Source of the DNA: Mustelus asterias
Taxonomy: Eukaryota
Assembly (NCBI RefSeq): GCF_964213995.1
Contig: NC_135808.1
Location: 17,174,001 to 17,238,000, forward strand
Direction of reading: 5' to 3'
DNA length: 64,000 nt
The notes under the pieces were generated by a model. The model saw only the letters and a list, made by a program, of their open reading frames with translations, made no database searches and had not been told where the DNA came from. A program made the position numbers and the translations under genes. Of the stretch, positions 38,401 to 53,400 are shown in pieces. Each line of letters begins with the position of its first letter. The stretch's first letter is position 1.

Positions 38401-41400
38401 CACATGTCACCGTTATTTATGACGAAGTCCAATAAATACATTGGGCGCATGCGCAGTTCAAACTGGGAATCCGGGCGGGACTTTCAGAGCTGCCCCTCCA
38501 AGGTTTCCCCAAAATGTCATTTCGCCATATAACTCGCCAATTAACTGTCCTGAATGGCAAGGATATCTTGTACTTGCCGCTTAGGTAACGACTTAACTCA
38601 CCAGGAATGTCTCAGAGCTCTGTTCTAATCTATCCACGCTTTTAACGCCCTGGTTAGCCTTAGTAGGGCCGATGCAATTTTAGTCCTAGAAACAGTTAAA
38701 TTGTTCAACTATGGCGTCCTATTCTTCACTTATTGTTGGAGTTAACTTTTTTTTACTTATTGCATGCTACTTTTCATTTCTCGCTCTTACGCTCAAATCC
38801 ATCTTATTTTCTCTCGCTGACACGTGCGTTATTTACATGCCGGTGCGGAATATTATGGGAAAAGATGGCATAGTGAAAATGCTATTCCACTAGTAATCAA
38901 AAGATCAGAACTAATACTCTGGGGACAGAGCTTCAACTTCCACTACGGCGGTTGGTGGAATATAAATCGATTTAAGAAATATCTGGAACAAAGTTTGGGA
39001 CTCAGTAATCGTGACCACGGTACCTTTCACCGATTGCTGTAAAATGTATTTTTAAATTCATTTTTGCAACTGAAAGTTACAAAGCCAATGCTCAGAGTGG
39101 ACAGGGCAAAGCCAAACTCTTTCATTGCTCCAAATTCCAAACCCAAATTCCAATTGAATCCAATTCATGGCCCCCACAAGAGAGACAAACAAGATCCAAG
39201 CTGACAAGATAAGTCGTTTCATCCCATTTGGGCTCGGTCTGATGTTTGATTTTCGCCAAAAGGCGGAGAAGCGATTGCTGTGAAATGCCGTCTGCTTCAC
39301 GAATGTCCTTAGGGAAGAAAACCTGTCATTCTTACGGAGCTGGTCGACATGCGCCTGCAGACTCATGTTAATGTGGTTTACTTTGAACTGCCTGCTGAAC
39401 GGCCTTGGAGCCATTCAGTTTAAGGGTTGTTTCTAACAACAAATACTGATCTTGTCTGCAACGCCAACATCCAATGAATGAATTACTAAAACCGTAACAT
39501 TCTCAACAGACACTTCCTGGTACCGGCACTCACATCTCAGTAACCATTCCTTCAACTGTATGGTCAGGTAGATGCACAATTGTCCGCGCTGTTCACTCAG
39601 CCGCCAGGTTCACTGAAGAGGGCGCTGCGCGGTAAGAGCTTCCTCATCTCAGCCAATTCCAGTTGAAAAGCCAATGAAGCAGAGATGGGTCGAATGCCCT
39701 ACTTCTGCTCCTGTATATTATGGTCTACAGGTGGCACTGTTGGTTTGTTGCCGCAAAGTCGGCCCAATCGTCCCCACACACTCTTTAACATTAATATATT
39801 TTCCAACTCGCATGGAAGGGTGAGTTGACAACTTTCACGGCGACACATTGCTGTCTAACCATTCCACACTATGCTTTTGAAGGGCAAAAATTTGCTTGCC
39901 CCTGGGGCAAAAAGAACACAAATCACTAAAGCTCAGAATCGAACGCCTGGTTTGGAATGTCGCCATCAACCATCAACACCACACATGCGGTAGATAGATA
40001 AATTAAGATAGCCTTGTACTTTCTGTAAAAGAACAAAGTAAGAAACTCCAAAGCGACAGAGACCCCAGGCTAGAATCGAACCTGGGTCCCTGGCGCTGTG
40101 AGACAGCAGTGATAACCATTGTGTCACCGTGCTACCCAGATGTAGAGTTGAGTCCATAATCAGATCATCCATCATTTTTTTTACGACGTAACAGACTTAA
40201 GGAGCCGAATGGCCGACAGTTTCCACCGCCCCCCCCCCCCCCTTAATCTGATGTTCGACTATTGAATTCTAGAGCTAACGAGAGTGGCATTGCAGGTAGA
40301 AAACTGCATTGCATTATTGACAAGGTATTCCACAAATCGGAAAAAAAATTCCAAAGCCAGAACGAATAAGTAGGAACACCAGTTCTCTCGCCTGTTGCAC
40401 CATGTGATCAAATCATCATTGAGACTGAACAACAACTCCACTTTCCTGTCATATTTGCATATCCCTGATGCCCTCAGTACCCAAAATGCTGTGGATCTCC
40501 ATCTTGAATGTACAGCAAGTGAGAAGATCTTTCCTCAGGTTTTACGTTGCTACTTCTGTCACTGCCATTGAAGTTGACATTGCTAAAAAAAAAGCAAGGC
40601 AGCGAAGTAGGTTTCTGCAAATTCCATTCTTGAAGTGGAAAAGTTCAGAGACCAAAGCAGAAAATGCTGGGAAAACGCAGCAGGTCTGGCAGTATCTGTA
40701 GTGAGAAAACTAGTTTCGAGTTCTATATGACTCTCTTTCAGAAATGTTCAGGTTCGGCGCAGAGATAACGCACTCGCTCAATTCGACTTATTATTTTCCA
40801 ATATGGAATATGTTAATATTACTTAATGAACCCGTCATGAAAGCATAGAATCATAGCATGGCTGTAGCACAGCAAGAGGCCATTCGGCCCGTCGTGACCG
40901 TGCTACTCTTCAGCAAGAGCGATTCAGTTATCTTTTCCCCCACATCCGTGCGCATTGTTTTTCCACTTGAGAATAATGATCCATCAATCCTTTTCGCAAC
41001 GCATTCGCAGGGAAGTCATTCCCTATACCAGAAAATGGTGAAGATGTTTTTCTTCAGGCACGCCTTGGCTCATCTGACAATTACGTAACATCTGTGCCCT
41101 CTGCTTCTCGAACGTTCCAGCGATGTGAAGCATTTGTTCCCCATGCAGCTGCCCAGAACCCTCATGACTTTGAATACGTCTGTAAAACGTCGCAACCCTT
41201 TCTGCTCCAAGGGAAGCAGACCCTCACTCCCCAATCTGTCTGCGTACCCCTTATGCCAGGAAACATTCTCTTGATGCTTGTCTGTACCGTCTTCAATGCC
41301 TTCACATTCTTCCTTACTCCAGGTAATCAGAACTGGAAGCAAATCTGCCAGCTGAGACCGAAACTATGTTTATGAATGTTTAACGTAACATCCTTACCTG

Positions 41401-44400
41401 TGTACGCTATGTTCCGAATAAAGAAGTTTATGGTGCCGTATCGCTTATTTATCATGTCTGAAACTGACCTTCCTTCAATGAACTGTGCACATATACATCG
41501 AGGCGCCTTTGTTCTTTCACCCCGCATCCCCCCTTAGAACCACCCCCCCCCCCAAACACACACACACACACACCCTGTTAGAACTTTACCTTTTATGTTA
41601 TACTGTCTTTCTACTTTCCTCCGAACAAATTGGATAACTTCACATGGCAAACTTCACACCGTACATGTTTCTTTATTGTAATCGGAAAACAAGGTCTGTG
41701 GAATGCACCGGCAGGCTGCTCGGGTACACGGAGGAAGCATTTAGCATGGCCAATGTACCTAACCAGCGGGTCTTCAATATACAACTGGAATTGCTGGTGC
41801 GTGCCACAAATTGCAGACATTCATTCATCATTTTTCTTTGTAACAAGGTCCGTGGAGCGCACAGGCAGTGAAACGCGCGATTATTCCAAAGCGGAACTCA
41901 GTTTTTCATAATTCTTGTCCATTTATAACAGAAAAAACATGTTTTATTTTACTTTTACTGAGCATTTGTTTCTCTTTCTTAATCTCACTTCCTGGCTATC
42001 TCTTGAGTTCATTTCCGTTCATTGATTTGCCACGGAAGTCGCTGTTACAATTCACACTTTCTGTTTCCAGTGATTTCTGCTGAATTATTCTTCAATTGCA
42101 TTGGTTCACAGTTGCTCGGTTACTTGCTTTGTTCACGCAAAGTGTTCCACTTCACAAATGGTTGGGTGAGAGGAACAGTGCAAAAACCTTTCGGAAATGC
42201 ATCGACAGTTTGAACTCTAACGGAAGCTCTCGTCGTTCAGAGCAAAATCGGGCCCAAAACTTTCGTATTTTCCCCTGATCAAGGGAATAAAGTGAAGAAT
42301 GCAGAATGAATAGTAGGCGCGATGGACACGAAGGTCTGAAGAGTATATTGCAGTTTATAACTGGGTTCCAAATGACCTTGCGTTTACTGATTGGTACAGC
42401 GAATAGGATAAACTGTTCTAATTGCTGGTGTAATAATTCATGTGCTATTATAGATATTCAAAAATGAGGTGAAAACATCTAAATTATCCTCCACAATATG
42501 GTATATTGCAGAAAGCAGCGTGAATTAATGAATAAGTTAATTAATTGACCATGCATGTATTTGTCCCAGATGAAACACCATTCATACGAATCTATTCTTA
42601 CCATAAATGTATGAACGTGTATGTAACGATTTGCATGGACATAATGTTTTGAATTATTTTCTTCAGAACTCGAAGAACTTCGAAAAGAAGGCAGTAAGTA
42701 TAACTATCAAAGCATCGAAACCCTCAAAATAAAAAATACTGCGATTTTAGCGTTCACTTCGGGTCGTAGCATAAGGGTAACACAGCAACGGAGAGAAACT
42801 GTGATTCATTGTTTTTCATATTTTCAATATCATTAATAATCTTTTTTCATTATAAGCGTTTTTGCCCATTCAAGTCAAGCTTAGAAATGTAAAATTATAG
42901 AACACACAGTGCTGCGGCTAAGTATGCTTCAGCTTGACCTCGGTGACACTGGATTAAATGAGAATAAATGATTCCCTCAATCACTTGCCATTTGACCAGC
43001 AATGAAAATCCTTCGCTGAGATGATGGATGAGCATTATTGCACAAACAAAGATGGTTCAGTGCATTAATCTGATACTATTTGATGTCTGTATTCAGGCAG
43101 AACGACTGAAGAATGCGGTAAGAGAATTTAATTTAGACTGCATTTGTTAAAAATTCGAATGTCAACATTGGCGCATTCCCCGCTGTTTGACTGAGACAAG
43201 TACTTTCATTGCATTTTTTATTCTTTCAGATAAAGAACTTAGGGAATGCAAAGCAGGCACGTAATTCTACAATGATTCAGCTAAAATGTGATCACACACA
43301 AATTTCACTAATTTGTAGAAAAACAGCAATATGACATTTGTCTCGGGGTGATGTTGAGGCGTTGCCGACAATTATAAGGAAATTTGATTTGATTTGATTT
43401 GATTTATTATTGTCACATGTATTGGTATACAATGTATACAATGTATTGGTATACAATGTATTGATTCTTGTGCGCTATGCAGGCAACGCATACAGTTCAT
43501 AGAGTACATAGAGTACATAGGGGAGAAGAAAAGGAGAGGGTGCAGAATGTACTGTTACAGTCATAGCTCGGGTGTAGAAAAAGATCAACTTGCCTCATTC
43601 AAAGGTCTGACAGCAGCAGGGGAGAAGTTGTTCTTGTGTCGGTTAGTACGTGATCTCAGACTATTGTACCTTTTTCCCAACGAAAAAAGGTGGAAGAAGT
43701 ATGTCCAAGGTGCGTGGGGTCACTGATTGTGCCGGTTGCTTTTCCGAGGCAACAGGACTTGTCCACGGAATCAATGGATGGGAGGCGGATTTGTGTGATG
43801 GACTGGGCTTCGTTCGCAGCCCTTTGTAGTTTCTTGCGGTCTTGGTCGGAGCAGGAACCATAACAAAAGTTTAAAGTGTATTTGTTAGTGTCACAGTCGG
43901 CTTGCATTAACACTGCAATGGAGTTACTGTGAAAATCCCGAGTCGCCAAACACCGGCGTCTGTTCGGATACACTGAGGGATAATTTAGCATGGCCAATGC
44001 ACCTAACCAGCACGTCTTCAACATACAACGACAACTGCTGATGTGTCTCACAAATTGCAGGCATTCATTAATCATAAGCATTCACTTCATCGGTGAGCTT
44101 TGAGGGATGAATTTAGAGATGCACTTTAAAAATATTCCAATTGTTGCATTTCTAAAGCTCTCTTCTGTTTATTAGAGCCTGTTGACGATAAGTACACAAT
44201 TATTAGCAAGTTAATCCATGATAACTTCATGCACACTGGAACACCTAGATAACAAAGACACCTATGTCAGACTCCTATTTATTGACTATGCTCAGCCTTC
44301 AACACCATTATTCCCATGAAACTCATCTCCAAACACAGTGGCCTGGGCCTCGGCACCTCCCTCTGCGACTGGATCCTGAACTTCCAACTCACAGAGCACA

Positions 44401-47400
44401 ATCAGTAAGGATAGGGAACAACACCTCCTCCACGATCATCCTCAACACCGGTGCCCCACAAGGCTGCGTTCTCAGCCCCCTATTATACTCCTTATACACC
44501 TATGACTGTGTGGCCAAACTCCCCTCCAAATCGATTTTCAATTTTGCTGACGGCACCACCTGGTGGGTCGGATCTCAAACATGATGTGACAGAATACAGA
44601 ATGAGATAGAGAATCGGGTGAACTGGTGCAGAAACAATCTCTCCCTCAATGTCAACAAAACGAAGGAGAGTGTCATCGACTTCAGGAAGAGTAAAGGAGA
44701 GCATTCCCCCCTTGACATCAATGGGGACGACGTAGAAAGGGACGAGAGCTTCAAGCTTTTAGGTGTCCAGATCACCAACAACCTGTCCTGGTCCCTCCAT
44801 GCCGACACTATAGTTATGAAAACCCATCAACTTCCTCAGAAGACTAAGGAAATTTGGCATGTCATTTACGATTCTCACCACCTTTTACAAGTGCACCATA
44901 GAAAGCATGCTTTTTGGTTGCATCACAGTTTGGTATGGCCCCTACTCTTCCCAAGATCGCAAGGAACTACAAAATGTCGTGAATGTAGCCCAATCCATCA
45001 CGCAAACCTGCCTTCCATCCATTGACGCGTCTACACTTCCCGCTGCCTCGGCAAAGCAGCCAGCATAATTAAGGACCCCACCACCCTGGACATTCGCTCT
45101 TTCACCTTCTTCCTTGGGAAAAAGGTACAAAGGTCTGAGGACACGTGGCAACCGACTCAAGAATAGCTTCTTCCCTGCTGCTGTCTGACTTTGAATGGAC
45201 TTGCCTTGCATTAAGTTGATCTTTCTCGATACCCTAGGTATGGCTGTAACAATACATTCTGCACTCTCTCCTTTCCTTCTCTATGAACGGTATGCTTTGT
45301 CTGCATAGCGCGGAAGAAACAATACTTTTCACTGTATGTTAATACATGTGACAGTAACAAATCAAATCAAAATGCCTTTTCTGGTTCAGATATTAGACTC
45401 TTCAAATCGCCGCAGCGCCACCGTGTGGGCAGTAGAGATATCTCGCGGGCTGCTCATCGTGCCTGGAAATACCCAAATATTCTGCATTCTTTGTTGCATT
45501 GTTGACTCGATTGTCCACTGCATATCCATGCCTGTGCGTCAGTGGATATGTCTAAAAAAGGAATACCGATGCAATTCGTTACAATTAAGAAACAGCTTTT
45601 GGGTGTTCCTCGTCTTATTTTCTCTTACGGAATGCTCATGACATGAGGAATTTCTATAAAGCCCTGAAGACTGTGTAAGATCCTCTCTCAGGGAGTTACT
45701 CACCTGTACACAGCAATTACGAGAATCTCGTCTAACGATCGTTTTCAAATAGCGCTGGGTTGAGCACGTTGGAAATACTTAACGCCACAGCCGGCTTCAA
45801 TGCAACAACTACGCACAAACTTCCTAGCTGGGTAAAGTGTGAAAACTTGGGCAGAGAATTATCTACTATGGATATTGACAAAGCCATTGGATCCTTAACC
45901 TTAAGGAAAGCAGCGGGCTCAGACAGGACCCCAGGAGAATTATAAAAGTCTGGTTGGTGGGGAATTAGCTAACTATCAATCTCACATAATTATATCACAG
46001 AAAGAGGGATAAATCAAACATTCAGCGGGACATCAATATTGCTCATATGTTCAAAGTAAAATGAGACATATCTGTGGGCAGAAACTATAGGTACACCTGG
46101 CTACTTATGATAAGTGATGCCTTTCTAGGGAAAGGTTCGACCCAACACCGGCCAGCCACATAGTAAAACGCGTGCAGCCTGAAAGCACATAATTGGTCCA
46201 GTCAAATCAGAGGCACTTGCAACATGATCTTCACCCTTTTGGAAAAGGAGAGCGATACCAAGAAGAAAGGATGGAATATTTCGATCAGACGAAGGCCTTC
46301 AACGCGGTAAACAGAGAGGCCTCGAGGACAGCCCTAGCCTAACCCACATGTCTTGATAAAGCTTATAGACGCCACAGTCGCCGAATGTGTTGAATACACA
46401 GACAGATCCATTTCACCTAACAATTGGTGCGCGGCATAAGTATTTCCTTTTCTCCCTGCACTTCAGGATATTTGTTGTGTCGACGCCTTCTGGAGAATTT
46501 GATGGAAATATGGATGGAATTGAATCGATTTCCAAACAGATGGTAAACCTTTCAACTTGAGACCTCTGAAATTCTGGTCCGTTGATGAATGTGCCCTTGT
46601 GGGGTACCCTGAGCGCGGCATTCAGTGGATCATGGACTGTTTGTTTTTCCAAAATTCGCCAAAGAATGGTGGCTAACCATCAGTTTAAGTAAGATCTTCC
46701 TGCCAACCGCCACCATATTGTGACCATACACCACCTCCTATAATTATTAATGGTACAACACCCGAAAGCTGTAGATAACTTCACCTATCTCCAGAGCACA
46801 ATCTCCAGAAATCATATCATTAACAATGATGTGGCAATCAGAATTAGCAGAGCAATCTCAGCATTTTCCGTTTTACGCAGGTGAACGTGGAGAAAATAAA
46901 GTGCCCAACATGCAAAAAACGTACTGTCTACAAAGCGTTCTAACACAACTGAGCTGCCCCCTATATTCCCACGTGACATGAATTATCTACCCCGGACATC
47001 TTATTCAGTTGGCCAGATTGCACATTATATGCATTTCGAACATCAAATGGGAGGACATAGCACCAGCATAAATAGCACTACAAGAGTCTGCAATGGAAAC
47101 ACTCATCGGAGCTCATCTGTGTGACCATTTAGTATATATGACTGATGATGAAAGTCCTAAGTCAAGTAGATATTTATAATTCAAACGTGAACACGACCTG
47201 TGCGATAAGGAGAGATTGAGATTCAAAACCTTCTTGGTAGAGAACCTCAGGAAATGAGACATTGACACCTCAGAATGGGAGAAAAGAGCACCAAAAAGAA
47301 GTACCTGGGGTGTGACTCCAAGGAGTGATGTTGCTTCCTTATCAGAACATAAGAACATAAGGACTAGGAGCAGGGTCCCTCTGGCCCCTCGAGCCTACTC

Positions 47401-50400
47401 CGCCATTCAATAAGATCATGGCTGATCTTTTCGTGGATTTAGCTCCACTTAGCCGCCTGCTCACCATAACCCTTAATTCCTTAACTGTTCAAAAACGTAT
47501 CTATCCTTGCCTAAAAACCATTCAATGAGGTAGCCTCAACTGCTTCACTGGGCAGGGAATTCCACAGTTTCACAACCCTCTGTGTAAAGAAGTTCCTCCT
47601 CCACTTAGTTCCTTCAAGCGCCAAAGCACGCAGGCAGCTAAGGACAAAAGGCAAATCAGAAAAATCGTGCGGTGCCAACGAAATCAGACATTCCATGCTT
47701 AGCCGCACTATGGATTTCATGCAGCTCTGCAATTAGGTTCCACCAGCGCAGTGGAAACCACAATAAATAACTCCACTCACACAAGATGTGACCACCTTCG
47801 ATTTGGAAGGGGACCGGCAACGATTAAACTGCCTTGCACGGTTGATCAGAGCTCCGTTTCCTCACGTTGATCTGAGCTCCGTAGGCGGCACGGTGGCACA
47901 GTGGTTGGCACTGTTGCCTCACAGCGCCAGGGACCCGAGTTCGATTCCCGGATTGGGTCACTGTCTGTGTGGAGTTTGCATGTTCTCCCCGTCTGTTTCC
48001 TCCGGGTGCTCCGGTTTTTCCCACAGTCCAAAGATGTGCGGGTTAGGTGGATTGGCCATGCTTAATTGCCCCTGAGTGTCAGGGGGATTAGTTATGGCAA
48101 ATGCATAGGGTTATGGGGATAGGGCTTGGGTGGGACCGTGTTTCGTACAGACTCGATGGGCTTAATGGCCTCCTTCTGCACTGTAGGTTTCTATGATTCT
48201 ACGATATGAAGTGGGCTCATGGTTGACAACAAGGTTGATGAGATTAGTGAATTCTTCTATCCTTTCCATCAGCCTTCTGGCGATAAGGCGGAGAAGTGAA
48301 GTTGAGGATTGTCAAATCAGGTCAGTAATGATCCCATTGAATGGCAGAGCAGATGGGATACGACAAATGACCGACTTCTGCGCCTCCGTCGTTTCGTCCT
48401 AATGCTGGGCCAGGGGGTCCAAATATTCCCCAGAGGTCTTGTGCAACTAACCTGTTGGATGAGATGCCTAATCAACTGTGCCACATCTCAGTCCCAGATA
48501 ATGGAACTTATAAATAAAAACTGTACATTGCTGAAGGTCGATGATGAACATGGATGACGATTAATTGGATCTGAAATTAAATCGATTACCATTGGTTGTA
48601 TTTGTCTTTATAGAAACCGAATCTCTGAAAAGAGAGCTAAAGTATGCAAGTAAGGAGAGACAAATTGAGCGGCATGTTTCTTTAAAAGCTGATTGAAGGG
48701 AATGAAATGGAAACGCTTCTGCCTTCTATAAATTATCCCTTACTTCCGTTTTCGCCATGACAATTGTGATCTTCTCACACAATTGAATACTTCCATGTAG
48801 CGTCATGTTACACCCCCATGTCAACGTTATCGATGATTGGGAATGCGAAAAGCTTTCAGCCTCCAATTTCCGTTCACCCTATAAAGCACCGCTCCGAACC
48901 TCAATCCAATTAGGGAGCATGTGCAGAAAAAGCGTTAGCAGCACAATGTCCTCCATCCAATAAAGCTTCGAGTAAAACCATGGGAAAATCATGGTCTGGG
49001 AATTATTTCCCTTCCGTGAATTTACAGTGTGCATTTTCTCCTTCAGCGAGTGTGAAAGGTTATCAACCTTTTTAATCCAAAGTAGCAACGGAATGCAATG
49101 TAAACATAGTTATCGATACTTCATAATTGGCGATGAATATTGAGCATCAGAACATTCTCTCTGGCGGCGGTGTGCCCCGCATGCACAACAGCCATTAATG
49201 GCGATGAATTAAAAAAAACCCAACCGCTGATCTCGGCATTTGCTTCGCACCGCCTCACCTAGAATTATGGTCATTTAAGCCCTTTGGCTTAAACTTCGAA
49301 CGTCTCGGTGGAGGACAAACTCAGGGCTATTGCATATTATTTGATAAACCTGTACGAATGGAAAGCTTCATGGATGAGCCTTGAATGGTATTACGCCATC
49401 AAACTAACTGATCCGAGAGCGGAACTTGTTTCTGACCTTTGCGACTCAATCATCACTCAGTCTCAAAGGGGAGGTAAAATACTGTGACACGTTGCTTTCT
49501 TTCCCAAAAGAGGATGAAATAAAAGCCAAGGCCGAAGGTAGCCCCTTTCAAAATGCTACGCTTTGCGTTAATAATCACGCATAAATTCTCAGTGAATTCT
49601 TGATTGAATTTAAAAGTTGACATGTGCTGTTTATTCACCGAATCGCTATATTGTTTTAGAAAAGGAAAAACATCTCAAAGACGATGGTAAGTATCAAAAC
49701 CAAAAATGACAGTAAAGAGACGGTGAGACTTTCATTGATGCTGAGATGTGTATTTTTCAAATTCACGCGCATGAAGGAGAATTCCAAATGTCCGTGCTTG
49801 CCGGGACAATGCCCATATCAGGGGCAACTCTGGCTTAACATTCCATGCGAGTCTAGACTCTGCTAAAGTCAAACCCTGGGTTTCCTGCCCGACGATTAAT
49901 GTTCAAGTTGTGCGCGCAAACTCTAACCAAATTTGTCCTGCAACTTTTCCATCTCTCCCCCTTCAGGCTCTGACAGAGTAGGGGATGATGCCAGAGAATC
50001 CGAAAATCGCAAATTGTACAGGCTCGCCTGGTTCAAAATGGGTGTATGGATGAAACCAGCAACTGCAAACCAGTGAGTTTAATTTCGGTGGTGGGGAAAC
50101 TGGTGGAAAACAGAACTTGGGACGGAATTAACAGCTACTTGGGGAAAGTACGGATTAATTAAACAAAGCCAACACGAATTTGTTAAATGCAAACTAACTT
50201 GTTTGCGCTTTTAGTGAGGTGAAGGGCCGGGTAAATTAGGGTAATGCAGTCGATGTAGTGCACATGGATTCTTAGTGCTATTTTTATTCAGTACCGCAGG
50301 ATAGACTTGTGAGTAACTTTAAAGCTCATGGAAGAAAACCGATAGAAGCGACATGAGTATGAAATGGAAAGAGAGATAGAAAACAGAGAGTAATGGTAAC

Positions 50401-53400
50401 ACGTTGTTTTCCACACGGAGTGAAAGCTAATAATGGGGTCCCCGAGGGTTCGGTGTTAGGACCCTGTTGCTATTGATTTATTTGAGTTGTCCAGACTTCG
50501 ATGTATAGGAGAAAATTTCAAATTTTGCGCAAGACATGAAACTTAGAAGTAATGCGAACTGCTCTAAGGATCGTTTTAAACTTCAAACTGAATGGATTTG
50601 TTGATGGAATGGACATACGAGTGGCAGGTGAAATTTCTGGCGGACAATTGTGAATTGACGTTCAAGGGGTACTAGGAGCAGAGAGACCAAGGTACATGTG
50701 CACAACTCATTGAAGCTGGGAGGGCAGGTTGTGGGGATGGTTATTAAAGCATCCAAGATACCAGCTGTTGGAGGAGCATGCAGTACCAAGCAAGGAAGTT
50801 ATGAAACTCTACATTCAACATTGGAGTATTGCATCCAGTTCTGGGAACCGCATGTCAGGAAAGGATGCAAAGGCATTAGCGAGTGTGCAGGCAAACTTCG
50901 CGCAAATAGTTCCAGGAATGAAGAACTCCAGATATATAGAAACATTGTTAAAAATATTGTGGCTGCTTTCCTTGTATAAGAGAATAACTGGAGATTCAAT
51001 AGAAGTGTTAAAACTGCTGAGGGGTCTGGGTAGTGTAGCGGGTCCGAAGCTATTCCCATTAGTAGAAGGATATAGCACCAGATTGTGAAGATTGAATGTT
51101 TTGGCAATACAGTGATATTGGGAACCTTCATGCAGCGAGTGGTTACGATGTGGAAAGCATTGCCTGAGAGTGTGGTGGAGGTCGCTTCAATCGTGGCTTT
51201 TGAAATTGATTTGGGCATTTGTTTCAAGATGGACAGTGTTCAGGTCAATAGACAAAAGGCGGGCGAGTGACAATTAGTGAATTGCTGTCGCAGTGACCGA
51301 GCGCTGTATATATATATATATATTCGGATTCAATGATTCTGTGAATAACTTTGCTTTTCTGCATTCCGTAATGTCATAAATTGAAAGGATAATCGGATAT
51401 AATGCTCGGATTTTGAATGCAATGCGTATTCAATTTTTAAGTAGTGAATGAGCATTTTTGTCTGGAATTGACATTAACTTGGACCGCTCGACGTTTGTTC
51501 CGTCCAATCGTTGACCTTAATGCACTTTGTTTCACATTATCAATTTTACAGAGGATCAAATACGTGAGACTCAATTAGGTAAGCTTTTTACCTGCTCACA
51601 ATAGTTCTGTGCTGCATTATGCCGACAGTGTGAGAAACATGTAACTTGTTGTTGAAATTTAGTTCACTTACTGTTTTCGATTTAAGCTTCCTCCAATCAA
51701 TTAGGAGGAATATGATTTCATTGAATTTTAAAATTGATCTTTTTGCATGCGATGACGTTCAGTAAATCCGACAAAATAATTTGTGCCCAGGAGAATTATC
51801 TTTAAATTAGAGCCTAACGTTTCAGACTGCAAAATGTAGCCTAGTTATGAAAGCATACCCGCATTGATATACCAAAGCCTATTGCATTGAATCTTGTGCT
51901 GATCAAATAAAGGTGCAAAAAAGGATACTGATTTAAGTTCTATTTTCTTCATAATAAATGGTGATGGCTGCTGTCAGCTTGATGCAGTGACTCTGCCAGT
52001 CAGCAACCATGAACCCATTTGATTTCATTTAGGACATAGACTCATCGAGGTTTACATCATGGAAACGGGCCCTTCGGCCCAACTTGTCCAAGACGCCCCT
52101 TTTTTTAAACCCCTAAGCTAATCCCAATTGCCTGCAGTTGACCCATATCCCTCTATACACATCTTATCCATGGGCTGAGGGCAACGGAGGCAATTGCCCG
52201 TCCCTTTGGTCAAGTCGAGCAATAACTTGAGCGTGCTGTGATATTTTTACACTTATCGCTTTTGTGCGTTCCGTCTCATGCACATCACATTCAAAGTGAA
52301 ATTTAATTATTTATTGTCACAAGTAGGCTCACATTGAAGTTACTTTGAAAATCACCGAGACGCCACACACCAGCGCCTCTTCAGGTACACTGAGGGAGAA
52401 TTTAGCATGGCCAATGCACCTAACTAGCACGTCTTTCAGACTGTGTGAGGAAACCGGAGCATCTGGAGGAAACCCACACAGACACAGAAAGAACATGTAG
52501 ACTCCACACAGACAGTGACCCAAGCCGAGAATTGAACCCAGGTCCCTGGCACGCTGAGGCAGCAGTGTTAACCACTGTGCCATCACACCGTGCCATGACC
52601 AGAAAGTACTGATGGTCGGAAGGTTGCTTTCCACTTATCTTTTGTTAACGTGGAAGTGATACTTGAAACGAGCAGGAACCAGTTCGAAAATCCACGTGAA
52701 AAACGTCTTCCTGAATATACAGCAAATAAAGAGATAATTAAAAAGACTAAAAAAATGGTTCAGAAACATTAGAAATCTGTAGTAAATGAGACTAACATGA
52801 TGGATAATAACCGAAAATCATAAGAAAACAAAGATATATTGGAACTTGTGAAGCATGGTTGGAGAGAAGTGCTGCCTTCCTGGAGCCATATTTTAAGATT
52901 GAATTACATAGAACATAGAACAGTACAGCACAGAACAGGCCCTTCGGCCCACGATGTTGTGCCGAGCTTTATCTGAAACCAAGATCAAGCTATCCCACTC
53001 CCTATCATCCTGGTGAGCTCCATGTGCCTATCCAATAACCGCTTAAATGTTCCTAAAGTGTCTGACTCCACTATCACTGCAGGCAGTCCATTCCACACCC
53101 CAACCACTCTCTGCGTAAACAACCTACCTCTGATATCCTTCCTGTATCTCCCACCACGAACCCTATAGTTATGCCCCCTCGTAATAGCTCCATCCACCCG
53201 AGGAAATAGTCTTTGAACGTTCACTCTATCTATCCCCTTCATCATTTTATAAACCTCTATTAAGTCTCCCCTCAGCCTCCTCCGCTCCAGAGAGAACAGC
53301 CCTAGCTCCCTCAACCTTTCCTCATAAGACCTGCCCTCCAAACCAGGCAGCATCCTGGTAAATCTCCTCTGCACTTTTTCCAGCGCTTCCACATCCTTCT

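Noticed and set aside
43097-43117. Reading exon Q in phase 0 as AERLKNA
   Set aside because: Both neighbours are phase 1, so the compatible reading is SRTTEEC.
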